This document shows, piece after piece, positions 1-12,808 of a DNA stretch of 64,000 nt. Under the pieces are notes generated by a model. The model was not told the DNA's origin. It saw only the letters and a list, made by a program, of their open reading frames with translations, and did no database searches. The number at the start of each line of letters is the position of its first letter. Position 1 is the first letter of the stretch. The DNA is from Tubiluchus corallicola (lineage: Eukaryota > Animalia > Priapulida). A program made the position numbers and the translations under genes. The stretch is taken from contig JAQGDQ010000189.1 of NCBI GenBank assembly GCA_030141605.1, forward strand, positions 186,001-250,000. The letters are read 5' to 3'.

Positions 1-237
1 ATATTTGTGACAGTGCAGCATGTTATAACTCATTTCTTTTTGTGACAGTGCAGCATGTTATAACTCATTTCTTTTTGTGACAGTGCAGCATGTTATAACT
101 CATTTCTTTTTGTGACATTGCAGCATGTTATAACTCATTTTTTGTGACAGTGCAGCATGTTATAACTCATTTCTTTTCGTGACAGTGCAGCGTGTTATAA
201 CTCATTTCTTTTTGTGACATTGCAGCATGTTATAACT
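1..237. repeat. ~35-bp tandem minisatellite (TTTTGTGACAGTGCAGCATGTTATAACTCATTTCT)
   Basis: About 7 direct copies, ending ~20 nt before the QKI acceptor at 258-259. Confidence 0.95.
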
Positions 238-259
238 AGTTTGTTTTTGTTTTTTGCAG

Positions 260-3200
260 CCGGACGGTGAGGACGATCTGAAGAAATCGCAGTTGATGGA
301 ACTGGCTATAATGAATGGAACATTCAGAGATACAAGTGGTACCACGCAGACACCGCAAAAGCTGACCCAGCAGCGTAAGTCATTCGCTATGGAGCAAATA
401 TAGTAAACTCTGCATAACTCAAATTTTCGCCTAGAATGTCGGCGGAACGGATGAAATCCTTCGTTTTTCCCACAAAATACATTGCTTAACTCAAACAAAA
501 AATTATAGTCCATTTAAGCAAAATATGCGTCATTTACTTCACCTAACTCAATTTATACTCTGGAAAAATAGAAAACAACACAAAAACAGGATTGTCTTCC
601 GGGAAAATTCAGATGTCTTACAAGTTGCACCTCCCCATTATTTTTTCCGGGATTGACCTTAATTGAACTTAATTGATCTTTCCGCGAAAGTCTACTACCA
701 CGTAGTAACACTTTACTTTATCAGACATGACTGATAAAATAGGATCAGTGTTGATGAAACTGGGCACAGGACTTGGAGCAGATGAAGATAACTGAACACT
801 TAACTGAGAGTGTGAAAATAATTGAACTACTGATGGCAGTACCTATGACATTGGTAGCCCCACTGTCATATTGTTTGACAGTGTTGTGTACATGTACTTT
901 TGTAACATAAAAAAATCGTGTTTCACTACATAATTTGTCATTCTTTATGTAATTGTCATCAAATCTCGTTATTCATGTAGAGAAGGGTCGAACTTTCTGC
1001 CTTCTATTTAGCTAGCCGTCTGGAGGAGGGGTTTAGAGTTTCTGTGCTAGAAAATGGTCAAGTATCATGTCAAAGTTTTTTCGGTCCGGCTGGATTTCAG
1101 TTATGCGGACTGTAGTGAATTCTTGAAAGAACCAATCAGCACCTGGTAAACTTGACAAGTATCATGTCAAGATAGGAAACGGCACATGAAATTTAAAGTT
1201 TTATTAAAAACGGGACAAGTTACCTTGTCTGTAGTTAACAGAGTGAGTGCAAATGAAACAGCAATGTTACCTTCCTTACCTTTAAAGGAAGACAGTATGA
1301 TTTTTGATATGCTACCCCATTTTCAAGTACAGAAAAAAGTATGCATTTTAGCACCACTAATACTGCAAAAGCATATCTGGGAATTGAATAATAGATTACA
1401 GTTTTAGTTAATAGCGAGCGAGTCCAACTATTGGTGACATCACAAACGAACATAATTATGAACAGCAAAAATATTTTACGAGCGTGTTGCATGTGTTTGT
1501 GAAAGGGAAGATTGAAGTACAGTTCTACTGTAAGATATTTAGTGTGTTGTACAAAAACTAGGCAAGTTATAAGATAAAAATCCCAATTTCAAATTTACCA
1601 CTGTGCTCACACTTGAGCTGTTGGACATGTGCAGTACTTTACAAACTAACACATCTGAACTGAGTGATACAGCACCTTTTTTATGTGCAACGCGTTTCCA
1701 AAATGCAGACACTACTGCTGGTTTAATTAGCAAATGGCAAAATTAAACAGTGAAGAACTAGTGGCGCGAATGTGAAATTGTGTTTGTGTGGAAATAATTT
1801 TTTCACGTAACTCATTTGTGAAAAAATAGTATGTTTCCTTTCAATATTTTAAAGAGCAGATTGTTTATACATACAGGGATGAGAATGACAAATTGTAAAA
1901 AACTCTGAAACAGGCCGGGGGTTCCTAGGCCCCCGTAGGGGTTCAAGGGGGCGAAGCCACCATTGGAGCCAGCAACAAATTGCAATTTTATGACCATAGA
2001 GAGCCTCTAAGTGGACTCAAAGTATCAATTACCTTGTTTCATGCATAATTTAAAATACCCAACTATCAAGGATACATGATACCTAATTGTCTCAAAAACG
2101 CCTAAGTACTGGCCGTTCCTATGCAAAAGTATAAAAAAAACTGTCTGCAATTGACTCAAATAACTCGGCATAATTGATTCTATATTTTTATACGTAGAGC
2201 TATACATGAGGTTACACTGATGTACGCGATGTAAACAAAGTGACGGGCTGCCAACTAGCGGTCAGTTTGTGAAATAATGTACTGGGTCCGTAAAAATTTT
2301 CTCGACGAATTTACGCGATTTACAAAAATGGCACTACTGGTCTTCCAAAAACTCGGAATTACACGTATCCGTGGAAAATTCTCATCCCTGTTAAGTCTCT
2401 TAGGTCTTGTTTTCTTAAAAAATGTTCTCTTATCAAAACTCTGTTTGTTCTGATGTATTCGCCAGTGTATATTTCAGAATTCTGGACAAAAGTTTTAACG
2501 TATGTTTTCTTTCACTTTAGAACAAACTGCCAGATTGATTGCACCACCGATGACTCTGCAGTCTCCCACTCTACGCTCCCCCACCGCGGTCGGCCACCCC
2601 CTGATCGTGCAGCCGAGATTTCACGTGCCCACATCTCAAGCACTGATGGCGGGCGGTCTGCCTCCGCCGCTCGTCTCGCCACCGGATCATCACGGGGTCA
2701 TCCTCTCCCCGTACGACTACCAAGCGTACCTGACACCCACCCTGCTGGAGTACCCGCCGCTCGATCAGCACGTGCAAGTCGGTGGGTTGCTTACAAGATA
2801 ACGCATTTTGCATGAATTTAGTTTAGATTTCTTGTCCGACAGGTGGCGCTAAGATTGTGCATGAAATAGTGGCGCCGCATTCTGGAAGAAAGAGCGTAAC
2901 TCTTTCACGATGACCGTGCTTAGTCATGTAGTTGACTGTTATGACAGTATTATAATCAAGATCAAAATATGTGAAGTAATTCCATTGTTATAACTCAATG
3001 TTTTGAAGAGAATATATTATAGCTTTACGAGGTTCAATGGCAGAAATCATGTAACTTATTAAACGCACGGTTTTGGATCATTAAATATATCGTTGCTGCT
3101 TTTGTAGTTAGTGATACATAAGCTGGCAAAACTTAAATGTTCTCATTCACATTTCTCATGTCGTACAATGTAAATAGTTTGATGCGATCATTACGAAGGT

Positions 3201-5264
3201 TCACGCGCCGCCGTTCTAAACCAGATGCCGTTTTTCGGACGTTTCTTGGCATGTTTCATGTCGAATCTCGTACAAAAGCCTTTAGTTTAGCTGCAGCTCT
3301 CTGTGCAAGTTGAAACTCGTTACACTCGATCATGTGCAACTAGATGTAATGGGGCTGATTGCAAATATCAGATATTCTATATTATATTATAGTTATTATA
3401 TTACATGAATATTTATATATTATATAGAATTTTTTCTTGTCTTGTGATTTGGTGACTGGTGAATTTATTCATATATTAATTGGGTTTGTCAGGGATGGGA
3501 TATGATAGATTATATTTGATGATTTATGTTGTATATTTTGTAAGCTGCCGGGTAGAACGGTGCATCGTCATTCAGGTAAAATGACTAGAACTATTCGGGA
3601 CCAAACGTGAACGCAACTTGTAAGCTAACTACGACGACGATGTTCATGTAATCATTAACCTGCGAGCGCGTCTATGTTAGCTTGCGTTGTTCTGTAGAAT
3701 TTAGCAACGTTTGCGCCCGGAAAACGATTTTTCCCGTTAGCGATAACTGTTTGTCAAGAATTCATCGAAAGTTTCTAACGTGCCACATATTTGCCTGAAA
3801 TTATATTAGACCGACAGATTTTATTGGTAGATTTATGATGTGTTGAGCTGTCTGTCATTTTAGTGCACAACGTACTCATGATTTTTGTTAATGCGTAACT
3901 ATAGTTGAGTTTTTGTTTATTTTATTTTCATCATTTTTGCCTGTTTTTTGTTACGATTGATATTTTGTTTGATGTCCTGCACATTTGGTGACTTGCTTGC
4001 TGCTTGATAGGTACTGCGGTTAGTTTCATTTTAGAATGATGTGTTTGGAAAGCTTTGACTTTTTGCTTGAGTTTATATCTTATTGTAGGTAGATGTTCTG
4101 TGATTTTTTTCGCACCTGTGTGTTGGGTTTGCCGTAGGTCACTTACGTGAAATGAAGTTGTTGTCGTTGTTGTTGTTTTATTTTTATTTTTACGACTCGC
4201 ACTTTTCTGCTTGTATAATTACAGTGGCGTAGCAAGTGTTTGAGGCGCACAGGGGCGAAATAACTTCCGGCGCTCTACCCCTTTAATGTTTCGACTTGCC
4301 TCGTGGGCGAAGCCACAAGTTGTGCACATTTTTGAGTCCCGAGGCCAGATTTTCGTTTTTCGACATGATTGGATAAAGATGAAAGAATTTTTTCTAAGAA
4401 TCACCCCGAGTTTGATTAGTGGTACTGCAGCAGAGTAACTCTTTTCTAGGCATGAATTGCTGAATGAATATTCAGCTGCTGCATTAAAACATGTAAAGAT
4501 TGTAAAAGATACAGAACACTACAGGTTTTCACAAAAATACATTCTGCATTTAGAGAAACGTCACTGTTTCTCCCAAAATTATGGATCTGCTAAGCCACAT
4601 GACACCCCCCCCTTAAGTAACAACATTAGCCTTTTTTTCTAAGCTGTATGTGGTAATCAAGTCAGCTATGATGATCTCTGACTAGGAAATTTTGCTGTAG
4701 TTTGAAAACTTTTGTTAATTATTTTGTTACTATCTGATTAGTAATTAATAATTAACAGTCATAGAACTCGATGAATTTTGCGCCCTGTCTCCCTTGCTTA
4801 CTGTCCCCCCACCTTGCTACGCCTGTGTATAATTATGAGTAGAACCACCATTGTAGCTGAGCACGTTGCATGCTACACATGTTGCACGCCATGCACAAAT
4901 TTGTAATTGTTGTGTATATTGTTATTTGACAAATAAGATGTTGATATTTTTCCAGTGCAATTAAATTTCAGTTTCACCGAGTCTGTCATTCGATACATTT
5001 GAATATTTCCCTTATGTCATTCGATACATTTGAAGATTTCCTCTTATGCAATCTTGTAACTCACTTTTTTACGTACTAACTGACACTTACTAATGCTAAA
5101 TTGTAATAATTCGGATTTCGTAAGCCCATTTCAGATGCATAACCCACGGACTGATTTACTAACCAATCATGTCTTCTCATCCAGGTGCAGTTGCCAAGCA
5201 GAGGCGACACATTGCTAACGTCAGAGACCACCCCTACCAGAGGGGCGCCGTCTCAATGTCCTAG
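260..5264 (+). CDS. QKI: Quaking/held-out-wings STAR RNA-binding protein, 3' part (5' exons lie upstream of the window); long nuclear-type isoform
   Basis: Exon 260-374 encodes PDGEDDLKKSQLMELAIMNGTFRD (QUA2 motif). Exon 2521-2781 is Pro-rich, with ILSPYDYQAYLTPTLLEYPP. Exon 5185-5264 encodes GAVAKQRRHIANVRDHPYQRGAVSMS*, matching the QKI-5/How(L) R..HPYQR tail. All introns are GT-AG with consistent phase 1. Confidence 0.93.
1282..1860. mobile_element. Non-autonomous DNA transposon with Kolobok-like termini (TTAA-AGG...CCT)
   Basis: Starts TTAAAGGAAGACA and ends TGTTTCCTTTCAA. Homologous copies lie at ~12120-12740 (inverted), ~16541-16970, ~52888-53490 and ~62640-62780 (partial). Confidence 0.7.
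1874..2390. mobile_element. MITE with TIR CAGGGATGAGAAT (hAT-like)
   Basis: CAGGGATGAGAAT...ATTCTCATCCCTG; an inverted copy lies at 21782-22304. Confidence 0.85.
2521..2801 (+). CDS. QKI: QKI short-isoform terminal exon (read-through of the donor at 2782, ending GGLLTR*)
   Basis: Reading past G|gtgggt gives GGLLTR-TAA, resembling the Drosophila How(S) tail GGLFAR (recalled). Confidence 0.7.
4222..4827. mobile_element. hAT-family MITE
   Basis: TIR CAGTGGCGTAGCAAG / CTTGCTACGCCTGTG, with a perfect 8-bp TSD TATAATTA. Confidence 0.88.
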
Positions 5265-6784
5265 AAAGGTTAGTTACCGTAGCATTTCGTCTCGTTTCAT
5301 AACTGGCAGCTCGCTCGTGTGTTTTTTTAACATTCGTTCATCTATCAGTCTACGACGAGCACTTTCAGAGTTCGATGAGTGACCGCACTACGCGCTGCTC
5401 GGCTCTGTAAGTGACCCCTTTCCCTCTAGTCACTATGACTTATCGTAGCCAATTAGAGATGTGATAGTTTCAGCGTTTCACCTTCCCGTTTTTTATCCTC
5501 GCCTGTTCCGAAATTAACCCCCCTATTTTAAACACAAAAGATGTGGTCAACTTTTACATTTTTACAAAGCAGTTGCTTAGCGACAGATTTGAGTATTGTG
5601 TATAAATCATCGTTGTTGCGATTAAATTGACGTGTTGTAGTTAAATAGCTTTGCTGCATTACTGTGGCGGTACATTTGTAATTTTGTTGAAATTCTGTTA
5701 CAAGCAAGCACGTTGTTGTTAAAATTTTTGGCCTTTTGGCACCAGTGTATGTTGACGGGGATCGTGTCGGTTCGCGTTCGACCAGCGAGCTCCGACACGT
5801 TCCAGATTTTTGCTCAATCACTGCATAATTATATTTATACGAGTTTTGACCGATTTATGTATATTTGAACGTGTTCTGTATATTTTGAATGTACTTGTGT
5901 ATTTTGGGGATTTTTTTTGAATGGGATTTGTCACGTCCTTGAATTTGATATGTAAAATATTTGATCTATTTAAGCACTTCATAATAAATTACTGCAAACG
6001 CCTATACTCATTATTTTTCTTTTCTTACGATCGTTAATTAGTGTGTGTTTACAGATATGATACAAACAAAGTCACGTGTTCGTCAATTTCTTTCTACTAA
6101 CTACAGCAACATCGTTAACTTTTGTTGATAAAAACTCTCTCTTCATTGCGTTTAGTGGTTATTATTTTTTAAATTTTAACGATTAACGTTTAACTGATGG
6201 TTTATATAACAGTTTTATCTTGCTAGCTGATTTGTCTCCTGCTTCTACTAACACTGGCTTCATGATCATTATTTGAAGAATAACTGTTTCTTGCTGTTCT
6301 TATCTTTTTGCGCTGTATCATCTGCGTTTTCTGATAGGAAATCCTGTCTAACGCATTTAGTGCACCATTGATCATGAAGAAGTGTTTGGAATTGGCAGCC
6401 GACACTCGTTACCTAGTAATAATAAATTAATAATCGTTCATTTTCTTAACCAATAATATTTCCTGTCCTATACTCAGGTGCCGTGTTCTTTGCACTAACA
6501 TTGTTTCTTTATTGTTTAACATCTAGCTACACCACTGGTCTGCAAACTAACAAATCCCACCCTCCGCTGGTCACGTGACCATGGATAGGCGAGCTGATTG
6601 GTAGAAACGAACCAGGGGGACTAACAAGTGATGGATGGACTGCTTATGTGCGTGGGATTCATGCTTCATAACTTAACACCTACTACTACTGCTCTGTAAG
6701 ATGTTATGTTGTATCGAAGCTACTAACAAAAAGATCATTCATTCTGTTCGCTCTTATTAACATGTGGTACGGTGCGTTACTAAC
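5074..6784 (+). promoter_or_regulatory. Cluster of Quaking response elements (ACUAAY) around the QKI long-isoform exon and 3' UTR
   Basis: ACTAAC at 5075, 5158, 6096, 6247, 6494, 6546, 6620, 6722 and 6779, and ACTAAT at 5089. Confidence 0.7.
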
Positions 6785-8037
6785 TTCACTGGTAAGAAAC
6801 ATTTGCAGACAATGTGCCTAGTTTAGGCAGAGTGTGTCAAACTTTTCTAGCTACATGTATATTGCATTATATCGTAGAAATTGTCAACAAGCTATTCATA
6901 CTTTAACTTTGCTTGACTGCTATACCATTAGAGACCGAAAAAGATCATCTATGGATCAAGCAAAAATACAATTGCTTGGCTACCGTAGTATTTATTGTAG
7001 ATTTAAGTGAATTTCACAACAGAATCGGTTATTGTAAACTAAAATAAGTTTTCCAAACGTGGCAAAATCTCTACAAGTAAGCACATGCCATTATACACTA
7101 AACTAAAAAGCTGATCAAGTAATTTGGAGGTACAGTTGAACAATCATATTATCTGAAGTGGAAGCAAATCTACATTGACAAGTCTGGAGAAATGTGAGAG
7201 ATTATTGGTGCAAAATATTCAGTCTGCCACTTGTTCTTAAGTTCACAGCAATAACGTTAACATTAACCTTTACAGTATGCATCAATGATTTAAGATTCTC
7301 TTTATTCATCCTACCAGTGTGTGCCTCATTATTGGTTACTTCTGGTTGAAATGAACACTGCCATCTGTAGGAGGTGATTGTAACTTGTGTGCTGCCATCT
7401 GTAGGAGGAGATTGTAACTCTTCTGTTGTTTGTGTACACAGTAGGATACTTGTTAGTTTTGCAGGCCATTAACTGTGATTAAAGCTTTCTATGAGATAAG
7501 TGGAAAAAAGTTTTTTTAAATTCACCCTGTACAAGTTAGTTATAAAAGCTTTGATCACGTTTAGATCTGATTACTATAATGTGAGAAATAAGATCGCTGA
7601 CATAATCAAATGCCCAGAAATGCATTTTTGAACATGGTTTGTGCCAATAGCAACTGTTATTTCGAGGCAAGCGTACTTATTATTGACTGAGAGCACGGAT
7701 TATTTTAGCGCTACTGTCGTTGTCGATGAAGCATCTCTTAGTATTTGGATTGAATGGCGAATTGATGCTTTCATAAAGTGGTTTTATATAGGTATGTCGC
7801 GCACCATCTCATGAAAAATTTCAGGTGTTGCGACTACATTTGCATAATATTTGAATTTCAACATTAGGATTCCACTTTAATGCCGAATGTTTGCAAAATA
7901 TTTTACAAACAGCGTATTGTATCGTCTAGACAAAGAATGACAAACATTACCTAATAATTTAGTTATAATCATTGCTATCCTTAAGTACTGCAAAAAGTTT
8001 TTGCTTCTGAAATTAAGATGTTTCTAAAAACGTTATA

Positions 8038-8585
8038 CAGTCAACCTCGGGTATAAGGTACTTGCTTATAAGCGACCACCAACACCGGTCCCAATTCTTC
8101 GTAACATTTTTCCTATGTAAAAATCTTCGTATATAAGGTACTCGGATATAAGGGACATTTGCCTATAAAGGACCACCAACACCTGTCCTGATTTTTCGTA
8201 CCGTTTTTCCTTAAAAAAATCTTCGTATATAAGGTACTCGGATATAAGGGACTTTCGGTTATAAGATATCTTCAGGTTCCTCGTAATAGGAACCCAGGTA
8301 AATTACCTCACATATAAGGAACCCTATGATCAAAGTGAAATTGATCGATTTTTAACCTCAACTTTTCGCAAACTCGGCCTTCGAACAGCTCGGTTTCTAC
8401 AGTCACATTCATCTCTCATCACTGAAGGAGCTTCCTGCATACCCCATAAAAATATGGGTAAAAGTACAGAAAAGAACAGATCTAAATACACCCTGAGTCT
8501 GACTCGACTTCAGCTATAAGGGACATCGGATTTAAGGGGCAATATTTTCCTGTCCGGAGGTGTCCCTTATATCCGAGATTGACTG
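8038..8585. mobile_element. pogo/Tigger-like MITE
   Basis: TA-CAGTCAACCTCGGGTATAAGG ... CCTTATATCCGAGATTGACTG-TA, with internal sub-terminal repeats. Confidence 0.88.
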
Positions 8586-8924
8586 TAGATTACATACTTG
8601 CATTGTTCCAGAAGGTTTTGACTTTGATTACTGCAAATGAATGTCCACTAATTACCATCATGAACATACACACATACATATATATATATTTAGAACATTT
8701 TTAATATTAGTTAGGTATACATAAATACTATACAATTGTAGTATATATTATAGTTTATTTGCCATTGTTTTGACTTTATTGGTACTAGAACATTTATTCA
8801 TCGTTGTATCAAAAAATCGTCACTTATTGTTGAATTTTGTTGTGAATCTCGTGATGTGCCATCTTGCCCACATGGGGGCACTTGTGTAGACTGTACGCAA
8901 GATAAGAATTTGTCTTCCTCATGT

Positions 8925-9170
8925 CCACAAATGACTGATAGAACAGATTATAAAGAATAACAATTAAATAAACAAATTATTAAAGTTTGCCTGTAGATGG
9001 CGCCAGCTACAAACTAATGTTAAATGGGTTTTAATTAATCTGAAAGGCCATTTCGTGCTCTTGCAAATGACTGATAAAGCTGTTTATAAAGAATAACAAT
9101 TAAATAAACAAATTAATAAAAAAGTTTACCTTTAGATGGCGCCACCTAGAAACTAAAACTTAAAGGGCTC
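8925..9170. repeat. ~135-bp tandem duplication (2 copies)
   Basis: CAAATGACTGATA...TAAAGAATAACAATTAAATAAACAAATT...TAGATGGCGCCA occurs twice. Confidence 0.8.
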
Positions 9171-9335
9171 TAGGTAATTTTAAAGGCTGTTTTGTGCACC
9201 TGTTTTATTGCATGAGTAAAGGTCCTTATGTTTGTTTAAACTTTTTGTACTTTCTGATTTTTTTGGAAACTGGAATTGAACACTCGCTGAAAGAGCGTGT
9301 TGTCAAACGCTACATGATTGTTACAAAGTAATTAA

Positions 9336-10619
9336 CCCTTAGGCGACCAAAAGGTTTTTGTATTACGATGAAGACCAAGCGGGGTAACAAATTACCCCAA
9401 AAAAATTTTGCTTAATATGTGTTACTAACTGGATAGAATGACCAACTGGCCATTGAAGAGTTCCTGGTAGTATAAAGCCAAGTTCAAATTGGCATAGGGT
9501 TACCATATTGTCTGAGTTGAAAAAGAGGACCACATGTCGAGCATTTGGCTTCCCAGTAATACTGACCTGCGCGAAAACACGGGTACTTGGCCTTCATTTC
9601 ATCTGTAAATGCACACTGTCGTTTCAACGTTGCTACTTTCTAATTAACTTTTACCAGTTGCTCAAAACTGCAAAACAGCAAAACTATACAAATTTAAAAA
9701 AATTCACATAAAACACAAACAAAATGGCTCCTGGAAGCCAACGTCATTTTAGGTCGTTAGCGAATACACCGAGTATCGACAGCAGTGTGAGTCGTGTGAC
9801 CCATATTGATGTGCGCATCGCTTACTTTTGTCAGTAAATATGTACACAAAGCTTTTACAAGGGTTGCATTTTGAGGTGTTAGCAACATATTGTATTGAAA
9901 ATTAACGAGCTTTTCTTTGTCTTGTACTGTCGTACACCTCTGCAGTTGGCAACGTCCGTACATACTTACGGATTGAGGCAAAACCCGGACAGAGGCCCAA
10001 AAAGAGGAAACGCGGACGTATGGTAACCCTAAATTGGCGTAAATGTCTGTGGGCTCCGAGGATAAAATTGGTGTTCCACCATGTTGCTTATCAAGTCTTG
10101 TGACAACTCTTCTAGTTAGCATAATGATTTTCACTGTTTAATTCTGAGACATCCACTTTATCTTCACTTAATGGATGTTCTAAAATTTCATCTTTATCAG
10201 CTGCACAGCAAAAGTTGCCACCATATTACTAAATGAAAAATGACCACAAACATGAAATTTCCTCAGCAAATCATTAGAAAAATGAGGCTTTACAGAGCTC
10301 TAGGTTGGCATGGAGGTTTGCAGCACTACTCAGTTGTCAAGGTAAACAAACTGCGTTGCTACAAAGAAACTGTGTAAACTGCAAAATTTTGCCTACATAA
10401 AAGACAAAAGCGGGGTAATAAGTTACCCCACATCAGGTGATATCTGGCACTTGAGCTTTGTAAATGCATAGTACTTTTCAACAAAACCAAGGTATGATTG
10501 TAATAAATTAAAAACTACATAATCACTACTGTTTGAATATTTTTCATGCTATACGTCAATATAGAAATGTGAGCAAACATTCCTCGGGTGATTTTTACCC
10601 CACCGTGGTCGGCTAAGGG
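9336..10619. mobile_element. Non-autonomous piggyBac element
   Basis: TTAA-CCCTTAGGCGACCA ... TGGTCGGCTAAGGG-TTAA; no transposase ORF. Confidence 0.88.
9495..10031. mobile_element. hAT MITE nested in the piggyBac element
   Basis: TIR TAGGGTTACCATA / TATGGTAACCCTA; TSD AATTGGCA / AATTGGCG. Confidence 0.85.
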
Positions 10620-12119
10620 TTAACCTTTGACAATAAGTTTAGGGCAAGTCAATAGGAAGCATCAGTAAAGGCCCAAGTGTTTATACGAGTCACTGTAATG
10701 GCCAGAGGAGTGGATATCAATGGTAAAACGTTGTTTCCAAAATAGGCTATTTTCGATTTTTGCTACAAAACTTGCCGCTTAGGCTTGGAGGAACTGTCGT
10801 CTCAATGTGATTCTGCCCCCAAGATGTAAGGTGGTGATTTTGAATACAATTTGAATACATTTTTACACTTGCGCCATCTACAGATTGGTTCGTGAATTAT
10901 CACAGAAATGTTTTCACTTTAAATAAAACATTTTTAAGTGAATTAACGGCTACTGTAGCAGTAACAAGTGGAAAGCCATAATTATGTGATCTAAAAAAAT
11001 GAGATATTGTTTGTGTATGTATAAACAAGAGCTTATATTGTTTGTATATGTACAAACAAGGCCTTTCGGATTAACAGTGCCAAACATAATACAGTAGCCA
11101 AAAAATCGCCATTATTAAGGTTTGTTCACACTGTTCATGTCACCTATCTAATTAGTAATAACTTTCCGTGATTTTACTCTTGATTGCGAGTACGATAAAC
11201 AAACGCCGTTGATGCCTTATAAAGAAAATACTCATGTTATTGTTGTACAAGTAAAATGTTCTATTTTTTATGGCAAAAGTTTGAATATTTTAGTGTTTAA
11301 ATAGACAATTGCATAATGTAGTGAAAAAATGTTCTAGTTTTCTAAACTTTGTATAACACCGTCTTGCAAAGAGTTAAGAAATGATAAAATTTTAGTTTCT
11401 ATGTAACAGTTTTCTATGATACCAGAATTTGTAAAGTACTTAGTTTATTTTGGTATGAAGAACCATGTTACTTGTCGCATTGTTGTAGTAAATGTTAACA
11501 ATGTTTATAGTAAAAAAATGTACATTTATCAGAACTATGTCAGGCCTATGAAGGTGTTATAATTTGTTTTCTAAAAATAAGAAAAAAAGCGTTGAAAAAC
11601 AGATTAGATTTGCAGAAAAGATGGACAAAGAGATGATTTTTTTTTGTTTTGAGAGATAAATACTTGTATTCTATGCTAAATGATTACAATTCTGATGTCA
11701 AAAATGACTAAAGAGTAATTATAGAAATATGCATTCATATGGAAATAATTTGCACTAGTAATAAACTATATTGCATATCATAAGCTTTGTGTTCATTGTT
11801 CACTGAATTCTTTTAATTTTTATTATTGTATGATGATCTCTGAATAAGAATTCAAGCTAGATAAAAAGGAAAAAACTTTGTCTAATGGCTTAATGCTGGT
11901 TGGCAATGCTATTTCAATTCCGACTGTTGACCTCGAATTTTTAGCTGTCAGACAACAGAAATCAAATAAGTATATCAGAGCTAAGTAAGAATAAGACAAA
12001 CTAAATCTTGTATAAGAAAAAGAAAGCTGATGTACATTTAGATTAAACAAAGAAATAAACTTATGTACACCAACATTACAAGCAAATAAGTTAAGAAAAT
12101 GTATGCCTTTTTGAGCCTC

Positions 12120-12742
12120 CCTGTATTAGCAAAACCGGACCCAATCTTAAGCTGCAGGTCAAAACAATCTACTATTTAAAATATTCAAAGGAAACATACT
12201 ATTTTTTTAAAAATGACTTACGTGAAAGAATTATTACCACACAAACACAATTTCACGTTCGCGCCACTAGTTCTTCGCCGTTACATGCATTTCACCATTC
12301 GATAGTTAGACGGGCACTAGCACCTGCACTTCAGAAACACATTGCACAAAAACAGGTGCTGTACCTCTCAGTTCAAATGTGTTAGTTTGTGACAAACTAC
12401 ACACGTTCAACAGCTCATGCATGAGCACAGCAGTAAATTTGAAATTCCATCTTAAAATGTACCTAGTTTTAGTACAACACACTGAATATCTTACAGTAAC
12501 ACTGTACTTCAATTTTCACTTTTGCAAACACATGCAACACGCTCGCAGGATATTTTTGCTGTTGAAAATCATGTTAGTTTGTGATGTCCTCATTAGTCTA
12601 GCTTGCCCACCATTAATTAAGATTTTAATCTATTATTTAATTATCAGAAATGTTTTTGCAGTATTATTTGTGTCATGATGTATCCTGTACCTTTAACAAC
12701 GGGGCAGTATATGAAAAATCACACATGAAGTTTTCCTTTGAG
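12120..12742. mobile_element. Kolobok-like non-autonomous element, inverted copy
   Basis: Largely reverse-complement homology to 1282-1860 and 52888-53490. Confidence 0.7.
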
Positions 12743-12808
12743 CAATTTCAGCCAAATTTCTCACTTGAAATATCCTTTTTCCAACTCTGCTTTTTCAAGT
12801 TTTGTTTA

